Part shown: in pieces, positions 55,495 through 64,000 of the stretch | Numbering within the stretch: position 1 is the first letter of the stretch | How the letters are laid out: every line of letters begins with the position of its first letter | Origin: Bryobacterales bacterium | GTDB taxonomy: Bacteria > Acidobacteriota > Terriglobia > Bryobacterales > UBA6623 | Assembly (NCBI GenBank): GCA_965248235.1 | Contig: CBDFIU010000004.1 | Span: forward strand, 1,175,112 to 1,239,111 | Direction of reading: 5' to 3' | DNA length: 64,000 nucleotides | Translations under genes and position numbers: made by a program | Notes under the pieces: model-generated | What the model saw: the letters and a program-made list of their open reading frames with translations, nothing else | Databases searched by the model: none | Told to the model about the DNA's origin: nothing

Positions 55495-56530
55495 GATGGG
55501 TATTTACTTGACTCAGGTGACCACAAGATGTAGGATCGGGGAAATGGAAGATTATCCTCGGAATCTGGCCGAGTTCGAGGCGCGTTTCGCCACCGAGCAG
55601 GCCTGTCGAGAGTATCTGTGTCAACTCCGCTGGCCGGAGGGTTTTCGTTGTCCGCGATGCGGGCACGACAAAGCGTGGGCGGTGCGGACAGCGCTGCTGG
55701 AGTGCGCCGGCTGCGGGCATCAAGCTTCTCCAACGGCGGGCACAATATTTCAAGACACCCGCCAACCCCTCCAGAGTTGGTTTCGAGCCATGTGGTGGCT
55801 CACGAGCCAGAAGAACGGGGCGAGCGCGCTGGGCTTGCAGCGGGTGTTGGGCCTGGGCAGCTACAAAACGGCCTGGACTTGGTTGCATAAGCTCCGGCGC
55901 GCCATGGTGCGGCCCGGACGCGATCGGCTCAGCGGGCGCGTGGAGGTTGACGAGACTTACTTAGGAGGCTTGGAGGAGGGCGTGCGCGGTCGCCAAACCG
56001 ACGCTGAGGCGCTGATTGTAGTAGCGGCCGAGGAAGATGGTGCCGGCATCGGGCGGGTTCGGATACGCACCATTCCCAACGCCTCCGGGGACAGCTTGAT
56101 GGCCTTCGTCGGCGAGTCGATCGAACCCGGCAGCGTGGTCCATACCGACGGTTGGCTGGGATACGAACCGCTCGAAGGCGACGGCTATCGCCACGAGGTG
56201 AGCTACCTGGAGGGGCAACCGGCGCGCGCCTCGAAACTGCTCCCCCGGGTGCACCGCGTGGTGTCGTTAGTGAAGCGCTGGATACTGGGCACGCATCAAG
56301 GAGCGGTCAGTCACGAGCATCTCGACTCCTACCTCGACGAATTCGCCTTCCGCTTCAACCGCCGCAAGTCCAGAAGTCGAGGCAAGCTCTTTTACCGCCT
56401 GGTTCAACAGGCCGTCGCCGTGCCACCGGCACCCTACAAATCGCTGGTCGGAGGCACCGCGACACGCGCTACGGACGACCACAACATGTAGGGGCTATTT
56501 CCCAATACCTGAGTCAAGTAAATACCCATC
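55495..56530 (+). mobile_element. IS1595-family insertion sequence, copy 3 (inside the kinase gene)
   Basis: Same 1036-bp element. The flanking 8-mers are ccgtcctt (55487-55494) and ccgtcctc (56531-56538), matching at 7 of 8. Confidence 0.9.
55544..56491 (+). CDS. IS1595-family transposase (copy 3)
   Basis: Identical to the other copies except one K-to-E change (g at 56006 versus a at the equivalent 4866). Confidence 0.88.
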   Translation: MEDYPRNLAEFEARFATEQACREYLCQLRWPEGFRCPRCGHDKAWAVRTALLECAGCGHQASPTAGTIFQDTRQPLQSWFRAMWWLTSQKNGASALGLQRVLGLGSYKTAWTWLHKLRRAMVRPGRDRLSGRVEVDETYLGGLEEGVRGRQTDAEALIVVAAEEDGAGIGRVRIRTIPNASGDSLMAFVGESIEPGSVVHTDGWLGYEPLEGDGYRHEVSYLEGQPARASKLLPRVHRVVSLVKRWILGTHQGAVSHEHLDSYLDEFAFRFNRRKSRSRGKLFYRLVQQAVAVPPAPYKSLVGGTATRATDDHNM

Positions 56531-58020
56531 CCGTCCTCTAATACCGCACAACGGGATCGAGGGACCGCCAGTGACCGCTACCTTTCTCAGTTCTCCATCG
56601 GCAGCGAACCCTATGAAGTCGCTTCTCGGCGACCAAAAAGGATTGCCCGCGCCTGTTGTCCCTTCAATGGCTCGCGGCTCGCGTTGATCGAGGTCCCACA
56701 CCCAAAGCCCGGCCGAATCCGGTGCGATAAAGGCGATATGCCGACCATTCGGCGAAATGGCCGCATTACGTTGCACCGTGAAGGTTTGCACTCCGACTGA
56801 AGGTGTCAACGCAAATCGGCGCAGAGCGCGCGGCTGTTGTTCCGCGACCGGCTCCCGCACCCATAAGCCCACTACCACGGCAACCAGCAATACAACCGCA
56901 CCCACAAAGCTCCGGTCTTTCCAGCGCCGCCGCCGCTCGGCTTCGCGCGCCGCCGATTCCGGCACGACATTGATCGTCACCGACCGCTTGAGCTGCACGT
57001 CTTCGGCGCGAAACGCAACGCTGTCGCCCACCGAGTCGAGACCCTCGATGACGCGGTACTGGCCAAGCGGGTTGTCGACCGGCGCAAGCTCCTTCGACCA
57101 GGCCGAGCGGACATCCGTCGCGGCGGGCGCGGCGGCCACGCTACGCGACACCCTCGACCGCCCCGACTTGATCTTCTCGGCCAAGTTGCCCAAGTCGACG
57201 CCCAGGTCGGCGACTCGCCCATAGCGCTTGCCCGGGTCCTTTTCCAAGCACTTGTTGACGATGAATTCGAGATCCATCGGCACGCCGGTTCGCAGGCCCG
57301 TGAGCGGCTCGGGTTCCTCGTGGACGATCTCATAGGCCATCACTTGGGGGTATTCGCCTCGAAACGCGCGCCGTCCGGCGACCATTTCATAGAGCACGCA
57401 ACCAAGCGCCCAGACGTCGGTACGGTGGTCCACCTCGAGCGCCTGCATTTGCTCGGGGCTCATGTAGGCGGCCGTGCCGACGGCGGTGTCGAGTTGGGTG
57501 AGCTTCGATTTCTCGGTCAGCAAGGCCAAGCCGAAATCGAGGATCTTTACCCGGCCGTCGGGGGTGATCATCAGGTTACCCGGCTTGATGTCGCGATGAA
57601 CGACGTTCTTCTCGTGGGCGGCGACGAGGCCGTCGGCTGTTTAGCGGGCGATGCCGAGGGCGTCCTCGATCGTGAGCGGCCCCGGTTCGATGCGGGCGTC
57701 GAGGGTTTCGCCCTCGATGTATTCGAGGGCGAGGAAATCGCGTCCCTCGAGATCGCCGATTTCGTGGACGACGCAGACGTTGGGATGGTTGATGCCGGCG
57801 GCCGCCTTGGCTTCGCGCAGAAAGCGCTTGCGGCTTTCCTCGTCGCGGGTGAGTTCCTGGGCGAGGAATTTGAGCGCGACGTGGCGGTCGAGCCGGGTGT
57901 CCTCGGCTTTATAGACAACACCCATCCCGCCCTCGCCGAGTTTGGCGAGTATTTTGTAATGAGAAAAGGATTCGCCGATCACAAAGGTGTAGTTTACTTT
58001 GTTATGCGGACCAAAGGTAA

Positions 58021-58043
58021 ACGCCGGCCCAACCTCGCGGCGT
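58021..58043 (-). terminator. Weak candidate intrinsic terminator after the outer-membrane barrel gene
   Basis: On the minus strand, ACGCCG-11 nt-CGGCGU is followed by UUACCUUUGG. The stem is short and the U tract imperfect. Confidence 0.25.
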
Positions 58044-58047
58044 CCGG

Positions 58048-61044
58048 CTAGAACGCAAAGCGCAGCAGAAAACGGAAGGTGCGGCCGTCGTTAAGGGTGT
58101 TGGTAATCTGCCCGAAGTTTCCGCTGCTTAAATCCGTTCCCGGTTGGGCGAACTGCGCGGTATTAAAGAAATTGATCGACTCGACGCGGAATCGCAGTGT
58201 CTTCTCGCCGCCGACTTTCCAAGCGCGTTCCAGCGAAAGGTTGATATTGCGGATGCCGTCTTTGCGGAAAGTATTGCGGCCAAGCGTGCCGGCGCGCTCC
58301 TCGGGGCGGATAAAGGCGAGTGCCGAGATCGGTAATTGCCGGGCGGAGGTGTCGGGGTGATCGACACTGTTGCCGAGAATCGAAGGGTCCAGAATGTGCG
58401 GGCGATCGCCGCTTGTCCCGTCGACATTGCCCGTGCCGGGGCCGTCGGATCCGGCCGTGAGGGAAAAGGGCGTCCCGGCCTTCAGCAGCAGCACCGAACC
58501 CATCGTCCAGCGCCCGAGCACCGCGCGCGCCAGACGATGCATTCCCGGCAACCGAGGCGTCTCATAGGAAAAACGCCAAAGCGCGGCGTGAGGTTGATCG
58601 AAAACGCTGAGGGCCTTGACGTCCCCATGGACGTCCAATTCGGTTTGGCTGCGGCTCATATGGCCGTCGCGGCGGTCCGCCGTGCTGGAGTAATTTCCGC
58701 CCAGGTCGATGGCCTTGCTAAACCAATAGGAAGCGTCCATCGACAGGCCATGCCAGCGGCGCGCGGTCAACTGGACCTTGGCGGCGTCGTAGTAGCCGCG
58801 CGATCCATTGAGGATGCGGCGCAGGTCGAAGTAGCGCTGGTCGGGACGGCGTTCGTTGACGTTTTCCGTCGTCAAGGGCAGCCCCTCGATCACCCGGGCG
58901 CGATTGAATGCCCAGACCGAAAGCAAACGGTGAGCGCGGCTTCCCAAGTAACCCAGTCGCAAAGTCCAATCTTTCGCGGGGGTCAGCTCCCAACTGAAGT
59001 TATATTGATGCGAGTAAGGGGAAGCCAAGTCGGGAGAAAGGTCATAGAAGGTGCTCTGCGCGCCGGGATCAACGCTCACCCCGGCGAGCGGATCGAGAAC
59101 ATCGGGAGCCGTGATCCGCAATGTAAGGTTGCCGGGCGGGTTGAAGCGGGCGTTCGTGTAGGTCGCGTGCGAGACCTCCCCGTAATGCAACCCGTAAGCA
59201 CCTCGCAGCACGCCCCAACCATCGCCAAGCCGGTAAGCGAAACCGAAGCTTGGCGCGTAGTTGTTGCAGTCGCAATCGTAGGGGACGGAGGAAAGGCCGT
59301 CGACCTCGATGGGGCTCGTGACCGGTTCGTAGCGTAACCCAAAGGTTAAGTTCAGCTTGGCGTTGACGTTCCATTGATCGCCGACGTAGTAGAGCATACG
59401 CCAGTCGCGAAAGCCGCGGTGCGTGTTGCCGATGCCTAGGTGAAAGCCGCTGGGCGTTCCCAAACGCAGGTTGGTGATCGTGTCTCGGGTGTTGCCGAAT
59501 TCATCCTCGAAATCGCTGCTGAACCGCCACATCCCGATGTGCCCGGAACTCTCGGTTCCGTTGATTTGGCCGCGTACGGCCCCCGCGCCGAAGGTCAAAA
59601 GATGACGCCCCCTGGCCTGTCGCACTGAACCCTCGTAACGAAATCGGTTGTGGGCTCTATCGAAGGGGATGCTTGAGGTGCCTCCCAGCGTCTGCAACTG
59701 CCTCCCCGTGTAAACGAGCGGGCCGATCGCGGTTTCGTCTTGGGCCAGCAGCGAAGTGATGCGGTTGTAGCCCACCGAAACATCGGACGTGGTCGTGGCC
59801 GACCAGGTGCGGTTCCAGGTCAGGCGCCCGACATGAGACCTTGTGGTCGTGTTGGGGTTTTGGCCCCTGACGAGTTGGAAGGCGTCAACTTTTTGCGCCT
59901 TGAAGCGGTGGTGTAGAAAGAGGCGGTCCCAGTCGCCAAGCCCCTGGTCGAGGCGCGTGGCGATGGTGTCGTTATTGATGCTCTGGGGAGCGTTGGTGTT
60001 GAGCGCGCGCGGATTAATATCGGTGCGGTTGGGCGCTTCATCGGGGAACGAATCGAGGATGCGGCTGACGAAAGCGAGCCGGCCGGGATCGGTCGCCAGC
60101 GGGATGCGCTCTTCCGGTGTCGGGACCAGGATATTCCCGTTGACACTGCCGCGATTACGCTGTTGGCTCGCGTCGACGGAAAAGTTCGCGCCGCGCCACA
60201 ACGGCAAGCCCACTTGGAAACCGTAGTCGTTCGAGCGGGCAGGCTTAACTCCGCCGACCTGAAAGAAGGAGCGGGCGGAGAAAATACTGTTCCCGTGCGA
60301 TTCGTAAATGCTGCCGTGAAAGCCCGATCCCCTCGTGGGCTTTAGGTGGGCAGGCGCGCTCGGCGCGGCCCCGAACTCGCTGCCGAAATAGCCCTTTTCG
60401 GCACTAAAAGTCCGTACCACCGTGGCCGTTGTCCCCATGCGCCGGTTGAGTTCCTTGAGAACGTTGTTGTCGATAAGCGTGATGTCGACATTCTCGTTGC
60501 GGCGACTCTCGCCCGAGGAAGAATCGACTTCCCCGAGTAGGTTGAGGGCGGTGCGCTCGGCGTTGGCGGAGGTCTCGGGCGTCGACGCGGCTCCGACGGC
60601 GGCGGCCGCCTCGGCGGTTTCAGCGGCGAGTCCCGCGGCAGCTTCAGCAGCGGCTTCCGCGCTCGCGAGCTCGGCCGCGCTCGCGGCATTAGGGGCGGCT
60701 GTTTCCGCTACGACCGCGTTGCCGCCCGAAAGGCCCGGCGCCGAGCCGTTCGCGGGTTGCGTCGGCCTCACGGCGAGTTCAGAGGCGGAGTCGGCCTCTG
60801 CCTCACTCGCCCAAAGGGGTAGGGGGAGCGAGAGAATCGCCGTCGCGGCCGTCAGCACGAGCAGGCGAATTGTGCGTGCAAGGACGGAACGGAAAGCCGG
60901 GACGAGGAAATCCTCGGCGCGACCTTGGCGGACACGTTCGGCGAAATGGGTTTCCCAATAGTCGGAAAGCATCGGATGCTGGGCGGCTTCGAGCTGACAG
61001 CCAAGCCTCCCCACCGAAGCCCATCCGCCGCCGCGACGAAACAA
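58048..61044 (-). CDS. TonB-dependent-receptor-like outer-membrane beta-barrel protein (acidobacterial type)
   Basis: About 1000 aa with signal peptide (LLVLTAATAILSLPLPLWA) and an Ala-rich spacer. GFHGSIYESHGNSIFSARSFFQ is present, and the beta-barrel signature ends in RFLLRFAF. The start may be ATG 60972. Confidence 0.72.
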   Translation of the reverse strand: MFRRGGGWASVGRLGCQLEAAQHPMLSDYWETHFAERVRQGRAEDFLVPAFRSVLARTIRLLVLTAATAILSLPLPLWASEAEADSASELAVRPTQPANGSAPGLSGGNAVVAETAAPNAASAAELASAEAAAEAAAGLAAETAEAAAAVGAASTPETSANAERTALNLLGEVDSSSGESRRNENVDITLIDNNVLKELNRRMGTTATVVRTFSAEKGYFGSEFGAAPSAPAHLKPTRGSGFHGSIYESHGNSIFSARSFFQVGGVKPARSNDYGFQVGLPLWRGANFSVDASQQRNRGSVNGNILVPTPEERIPLATDPGRLAFVSRILDSFPDEAPNRTDINPRALNTNAPQSINNDTIATRLDQGLGDWDRLFLHHRFKAQKVDAFQLVRGQNPNTTTRSHVGRLTWNRTWSATTTSDVSVGYNRITSLLAQDETAIGPLVYTGRQLQTLGGTSSIPFDRAHNRFRYEGSVRQARGRHLLTFGAGAVRGQINGTESSGHIGMWRFSSDFEDEFGNTRDTITNLRLGTPSGFHLGIGNTHRGFRDWRMLYYVGDQWNVNAKLNLTFGLRYEPVTSPIEVDGLSSVPYDCDCNNYAPSFGFAYRLGDGWGVLRGAYGLHYGEVSHATYTNARFNPPGNLTLRITAPDVLDPLAGVSVDPGAQSTFYDLSPDLASPYSHQYNFSWELTPAKDWTLRLGYLGSRAHRLLSVWAFNRARVIEGLPLTTENVNERRPDQRYFDLRRILNGSRGYYDAAKVQLTARRWHGLSMDASYWFSKAIDLGGNYSSTADRRDGHMSRSQTELDVHGDVKALSVFDQPHAALWRFSYETPRLPGMHRLARAVLGRWTMGSVLLLKAGTPFSLTAGSDGPGTGNVDGTSGDRPHILDPSILGNSVDHPDTSARQLPISALAFIRPEERAGTLGRNTFRKDGIRNINLSLERAWKVGGEKTLRFRVESINFFNTAQFAQPGTDLSSGNFGQITNTLNDGRTFRFLLRFAF

Positions 61045-61177
61045 CTGCTCTGGTCATGATATCTCATTGAGTCGGGCCGACCTGTTCCGCGGCGGGCCTT
61101 CGATCGCAAAAACACACAGTAAGCCGGCGCGTCATGCGGCCGTCGACGGTGGACCGGACAACCGGACACGGCAAAAC

Positions 61178-61206
61178 TTGCATTGCGTGGATGTTTGGTC
61201 TATGAT
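61178..61206 (+). promoter_or_regulatory. Near-consensus sigma70-type promoter (TTGCAT-17 nt-TATGAT)
   Basis: TTGCAT at 61178-61183, a 17-nt spacer, TATGAT at 61201-61206. It lies about 75 nt upstream of a GGAGGA-ATG gene start at 61284. Confidence 0.45.
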
Positions 61207-61283
61207 GGGAAGCCCCAATACGGCCTTGGATGGGCCGGCATCAAGGCTGGCATAATAATCGCGAAGGACGGAGGATTTACCTA

Positions 61284-61321
61284 ATGAACTCACCAAAGTA
61301 TGCCAGCAGGTTTTTATTGAT
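61284..61321 (+). pseudogene. Orphan 5' end of a gene (12 codons) truncated by IS copy 4
   Basis: aaggacGGAGGAtttacctaATG opens MNSPKYASRFLL, and then the IS end begins at 61322. No continuation is found on the far side of the IS. Confidence 0.5.
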
Positions 61322-62357
61322 GATGGGTATTTACTTGACTCAGGTATTGGGAAATAGCCCCTACATGTTGTGGTCGTCCGTAGCGCGTGTCGCGGTGCCT
61401 CCGACCAGCGATTTGTAGGGTGCCGGTGGCACGGCGACGGCCTGTTGAACCAGGCGGTAAAAGAGCTTGCCTCGACTTCTGGACTTGCGGCGGTTGAAGC
61501 GGAAGGCGAATTCGTCGAGGTAGGAGTCGAGATGCTCGTGACTGACCGCTCCTTGATGCGTGCCCAGTATCCAGCGCTTCACTAACGACACCACGCGGTG
61601 CACCCGGGGGAGCAGTTTCGAGGCGCGCGCCGGTTGCCCCTCCAGGTAGCTCACCTCGTGGCGATAGCCGTCGCCTTCGAGCGGTTCGTATCCCAGCCAA
61701 CCGTCGGTATGGACCACGCTGCCGGGTTCGATCGACTCGCCGACGAAGGCCATCAAGCTGTCCCCGGAGGCGTTGGGAATGGTGCGTATCCGAACCCGCC
61801 CGATGCCGGCACCATCTTCCTCGGCCGCTACTACAATCAGCGCCTTAGCGTCGGTTTGGCGACCGCGCACGCCCTCCTCCAAGCCTCCTAAGTAAGTCTC
61901 GTCAACCTCCACGCGCCCGCTGAGCCGATCGCGTCCGGGCCGCACCATGGCGCGCCGGAGCTTATGCAACCAAGTCCAGGCCGTTTTGTAGCTGCCCAGG
62001 CCCAACACCCGCTGCAAGCCCAGCGCGCTCGCCCCGTTCTTCTGGCTCGTGAGCCACCACATGGCTCGAAACCAACTCTGGAGGGGTTGGCGGGTGTCTT
62101 GAAATATTGTGCCCGCCGTTGGAGAAGCTTGATGCCCGCAGCCGGCGCACTCCAGCAGCGCTGTCCGCACCGCCCACGCTTTGTCGTGCCCGCATCGCGG
62201 ACAACGAAAACCCTCCGGCCAGCGGAGTTGACACAGATACTCTCGACAGGCCTGCTCGGTGGCGAAACGCGCCTCGAACTCGGCCAGATTCCGAGGATAA
62301 TCTTCCATTTCCCCGATCCTACATCTTGTGGTCACCTGAGTCAAGTAAATACCCATC
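61322..62357 (-). mobile_element. IS1595-family insertion sequence, copy 4 (inverted; no target-site duplication)
   Basis: Same 1036-bp element in reverse orientation. The flanking 8-mers ttattgat (61314-61321) and ccagggat (62358-62365) do not match. Confidence 0.9.
61361..62308 (-). CDS. IS1595-family transposase (copy 4)
   Basis: The translation is identical to copies 1 and 2. Confidence 0.88.
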   Translation of the reverse strand: MEDYPRNLAEFEARFATEQACREYLCQLRWPEGFRCPRCGHDKAWAVRTALLECAGCGHQASPTAGTIFQDTRQPLQSWFRAMWWLTSQKNGASALGLQRVLGLGSYKTAWTWLHKLRRAMVRPGRDRLSGRVEVDETYLGGLEEGVRGRQTDAKALIVVAAEEDGAGIGRVRIRTIPNASGDSLMAFVGESIEPGSVVHTDGWLGYEPLEGDGYRHEVSYLEGQPARASKLLPRVHRVVSLVKRWILGTHQGAVSHEHLDSYLDEFAFRFNRRKSRSRGKLFYRLVQQAVAVPPAPYKSLVGGTATRATDDHNM

Positions 62358-62547
62358 CCAGGGATTTTTGAACGAACCGCCGCAGAACTTAAAATGTACC
62401 GTATCGTTTCAGGGGATACCCGGGGGGCCCTGCGCGAATACGGTCGTCAACGACCTGTCGCAGGCGGATTACGCGGCCTGGGTGTCGTTAGTGAGGGCGG
62501 AATGCCGGGCCGCGGAATGCGAGGCCGGTTTGTAGGTGCCCACCGGC

Positions 62548-63041
62548 TCAGCGATCACACAGGCACATACGATACCATCGGCCGGCTAGGCCCGCACGCG
62601 CCCAACCCGCCCACCGCTGCACGTACGCTCCAAGCCGGGCGCTTACCAAGTTCTCGCCCGGCTCTTGCTCATAAAGCCGGATAGCACGCTCTAGAAAGTT
62701 TAGCATCGTCTGCCGGGCCGGCGTCAGCCCCCGCGGGCTGAAGCGGTAACCCAAGAAGTCAAAGCCCTTTTCAATCCTGCCAATGAATGTCTTGCCGGGG
62801 CGCTTTGCGAGCCGTAGGGCGTGCCCAGTGCTTGGTTGAGTGCCTTGACCGCCGCTCTCAGCTTCCATCGCGTGGGCGCCAAGACTACGATGTCGTCCAT
62901 GAATCGCACGTAGAACAGCCCCCGCTTTCCGAGCGCCTGAACCACGGCCCGCGGGAAAAAAGCCCCCATGACCGGGCTCAGCGGGCAGGCCGGCGCGATT
63001 CCCTTCTCAAACTCCCAAAACAGGGTAGATTCCTCCAACAC
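62548..63041 (-). pseudogene. Reverse transcriptase remnant (N-terminally truncated, internally frameshifted)
   Basis: Two overlapping minus-strand ORFs in different frames. One reads GIAPACPLSPVMGAFF...FYVRFMDDIVVLAPTRWKL (RT motifs 4-5 with an xxDD box). The other reads GKTFIGRIEKGFDFLGYRF...RLYEQ...YVQRWAGWARAGL (motifs 6-7 and C-terminal tail). A TAA lies just upstream of 63041 and RT motifs 1-3 are absent. Confidence 0.65.
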
Positions 63042-63234
63042 TGATTAGGAAACGTCGGTTGGTGCGTGGGGCGGCGCTGTGCAAGAATGGGCTTCACTCA
63101 GGCCCAGGACGGCAGATCGGCCCACCGCGGCGAAAATGATGAGAAACGGAGGCTTTCATTTGCATCGAGGGGGCTTTGGGACCGCAAGTACTCCCCCAGT
63201 GACGGGATTGATGAGGAGTTCCGGCCGGGCCGAC

Positions 63235-64000
63235 ATGAGTGTCGGTCGGTACTTTGGGCGAGGACCGACACGATTGCCGGTTGCTACTGGGCAACGGCGC
63301 CATAGGCGCTCCGGCCGCGGGGTTCGTGGCGGGTCGTTCCTGGCGGCCGGACTTGCGGTTGTGATGCTGTTGTCGGTCGTCGCGACAGCGGCGCCGCAGG
63401 CCGAAACGTCCGAGGCACTGCTCGGGCGGGCTCGCGAGGCCCATCAGGCGGGGCGTCTCGACGAGGCCGTCAGGTTGGCCGATCAGGCTGTCGAGGCTGC
63501 ATCCTCCGATGGAAGCGCCGACACCGCGCGCGCTCGGCTGAGTCGGGCCGTCATATACGAGGGCGCCGGGCGTTGGGCCGACGCCCTAGGCGATTACACG
63601 CACGCGCTCGAAGCTTTCCCACGGATGAGCGAGATTCACAATCGGCGCGGCGCCCTGCACTTCAAGATGGGACGGATCGACAAGTCGATCAGCGATTTCG
63701 ACAAGGCCGTCGAACTCGATCCGCCTAGCGACCCCTATCATTGGCAACGCGGTATTTCCTACTACTACGCCGGGCGACTCGCGGCATGCATCGGGCAGTT
63801 CGAGCGCCACCGGGCGGTCAACGCCGACGATGTCGAAAACGCCTTCTGGCATTTTCTCTGCAAAGCCGCCCAAGACGGCGTCGAGGCGGCCCGCGAGGCG
63901 CTGTTGCCCGTCGGTCCCGACTCGCGAGTCCCCATGATGACGGTCTATGCGTTGTTGCGGGGCGAGGCCCAAGTGGAAGACGTTCTGGCCGCCGCCAAGG
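63235..64000 (+). CDS. Exported TPR-repeat protein (3' end beyond the window)
   Basis: Not in the ORF track because it is open to the window end. My translation from ATG 63235 has no stop. A signal-like region (FLAAGLAVVMLLSVVATAAPQA) is followed by TPR-like repeats (AHQAGRLDEAVRLADQAV, YEGAGRWADALGDYTHALEAFP, HFKMGRIDKSISDFDKAVELDP). Confidence 0.6.
   Translation, partial: MSVGRYFGRGPTRLPVATGQRRHRRSGRGVRGGSFLAAGLAVVMLLSVVATAAPQAETSEALLGRAREAHQAGRLDEAVRLADQAVEAASSDGSADTARARLSRAVIYEGAGRWADALGDYTHALEAFPRMSEIHNRRGALHFKMGRIDKSISDFDKAVELDPPSDPYHWQRGISYYYAGRLAACIGQFERHRAVNADDVENAFWHFLCKAAQDGVEAAREALLPVGPDSRVPMMTVYALLRGEAQVEDVLAAAK

Larger units (their letters stand above)
54091..57982 (-). pseudogene. 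Ser/Thr protein kinase with C-terminal TolB-like beta-propeller, inactivated by a nonsense codon and an IS insertion
   Basis: Kinase N-lobe (KLGEGGMGVVYKAEDTRLDRHVALKFL) stops at an in-frame TAA (57643-57641). It resumes in the same frame (TADGLVAAHEKNVVHRDIKPGNLMITPDGRVKILDFGLA). A TM segment follows, then WSPDG/SPNG-type propeller repeats interrupted by IS copy 3 at 55495-56530. Confidence 0.82.

Noticed and set aside
61045-61321. Cobalamin or other riboswitch upstream of the TonB-type barrel gene
   Set aside because: No B12-box-like or other riboswitch consensus was recognisable on the minus strand. The plus-strand features there are better explained as a promoter and leader of the IS-truncated gene.
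1-64000. tRNA, rRNA or other known structured RNA genes
   Set aside because: Visual scanning of the intergenic regions found no T-loop/anticodon-arm-like arrangement or rRNA-like segment. A proper tRNAscan or Rfam scan was not possible here.

Overview
GC-rich bacterial chromosomal window. Gene content suggests Acidobacteriota (Solibacter/Bryobacter-like): an FG-GAP protein with a Solibacter-type C-terminal domain, a TolB-propeller Ser/Thr kinase, a CRTAC1/ASPIC-UnbV protein and a plug-less TonB-type barrel. This taxon call is inference only. (1) 1-16 kb is a flagellar supercluster. The minus strand carries fliK-orf-flgD-flgE-fliN-fliO-fliP-[IS]-fliQ-fliR-flhB-flhA; the plus strand carries the divergent flgF-flgG-flgA-flgH-flgI-flgJ(N-domain). 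As sequenced the cluster is damaged: frameshifts in fliR, flgE and fliK, plus an IS in the fliP-fliQ spacer. (2) 16.1-20.4 kb is one 1406-codon ORF fusing a complete type IA topoisomerase (Topo III-like) to a complete RecQ helicase; this is the most unusual item in the window. (3) 20-45 kb is housekeeping and envelope genes. They include a HicA-like gene, a 2-hydroxyacid dehydrogenase, mtaB, tsaC, a translationally coupled CRTAC1-like plus membrane multihaem cytochrome/TPR pair, a porin, an FG-GAP protein and purC. They also include a selD that the ORF track truncates because it carries an in-frame UGA (selenocysteine), a triple-RidA lipoprotein, moaB, an aminotransferase and a frameshifted ABC ATPase with its permease. 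(4) 45-63 kb is an IS-riddled region. It holds three more copies of the same 1036-bp IS1595-family element (four in total), one IS4-family element, an ANTAR gene, a form-II-type coxSLMG molybdenum hydroxylase cluster and pncA-nudix. It also holds a Ser/Thr kinase pseudogene (nonsense codon plus IS), an outer-membrane barrel, an orphan promoter and gene start cut by an IS, and a reverse-transcriptase remnant. Two families of short GC-rich dispersed repeats occupy intergenic spacers. No rRNA, tRNA or CRISPR array was recognised. Many long antisense ORFs in the track are GC-driven shadows.
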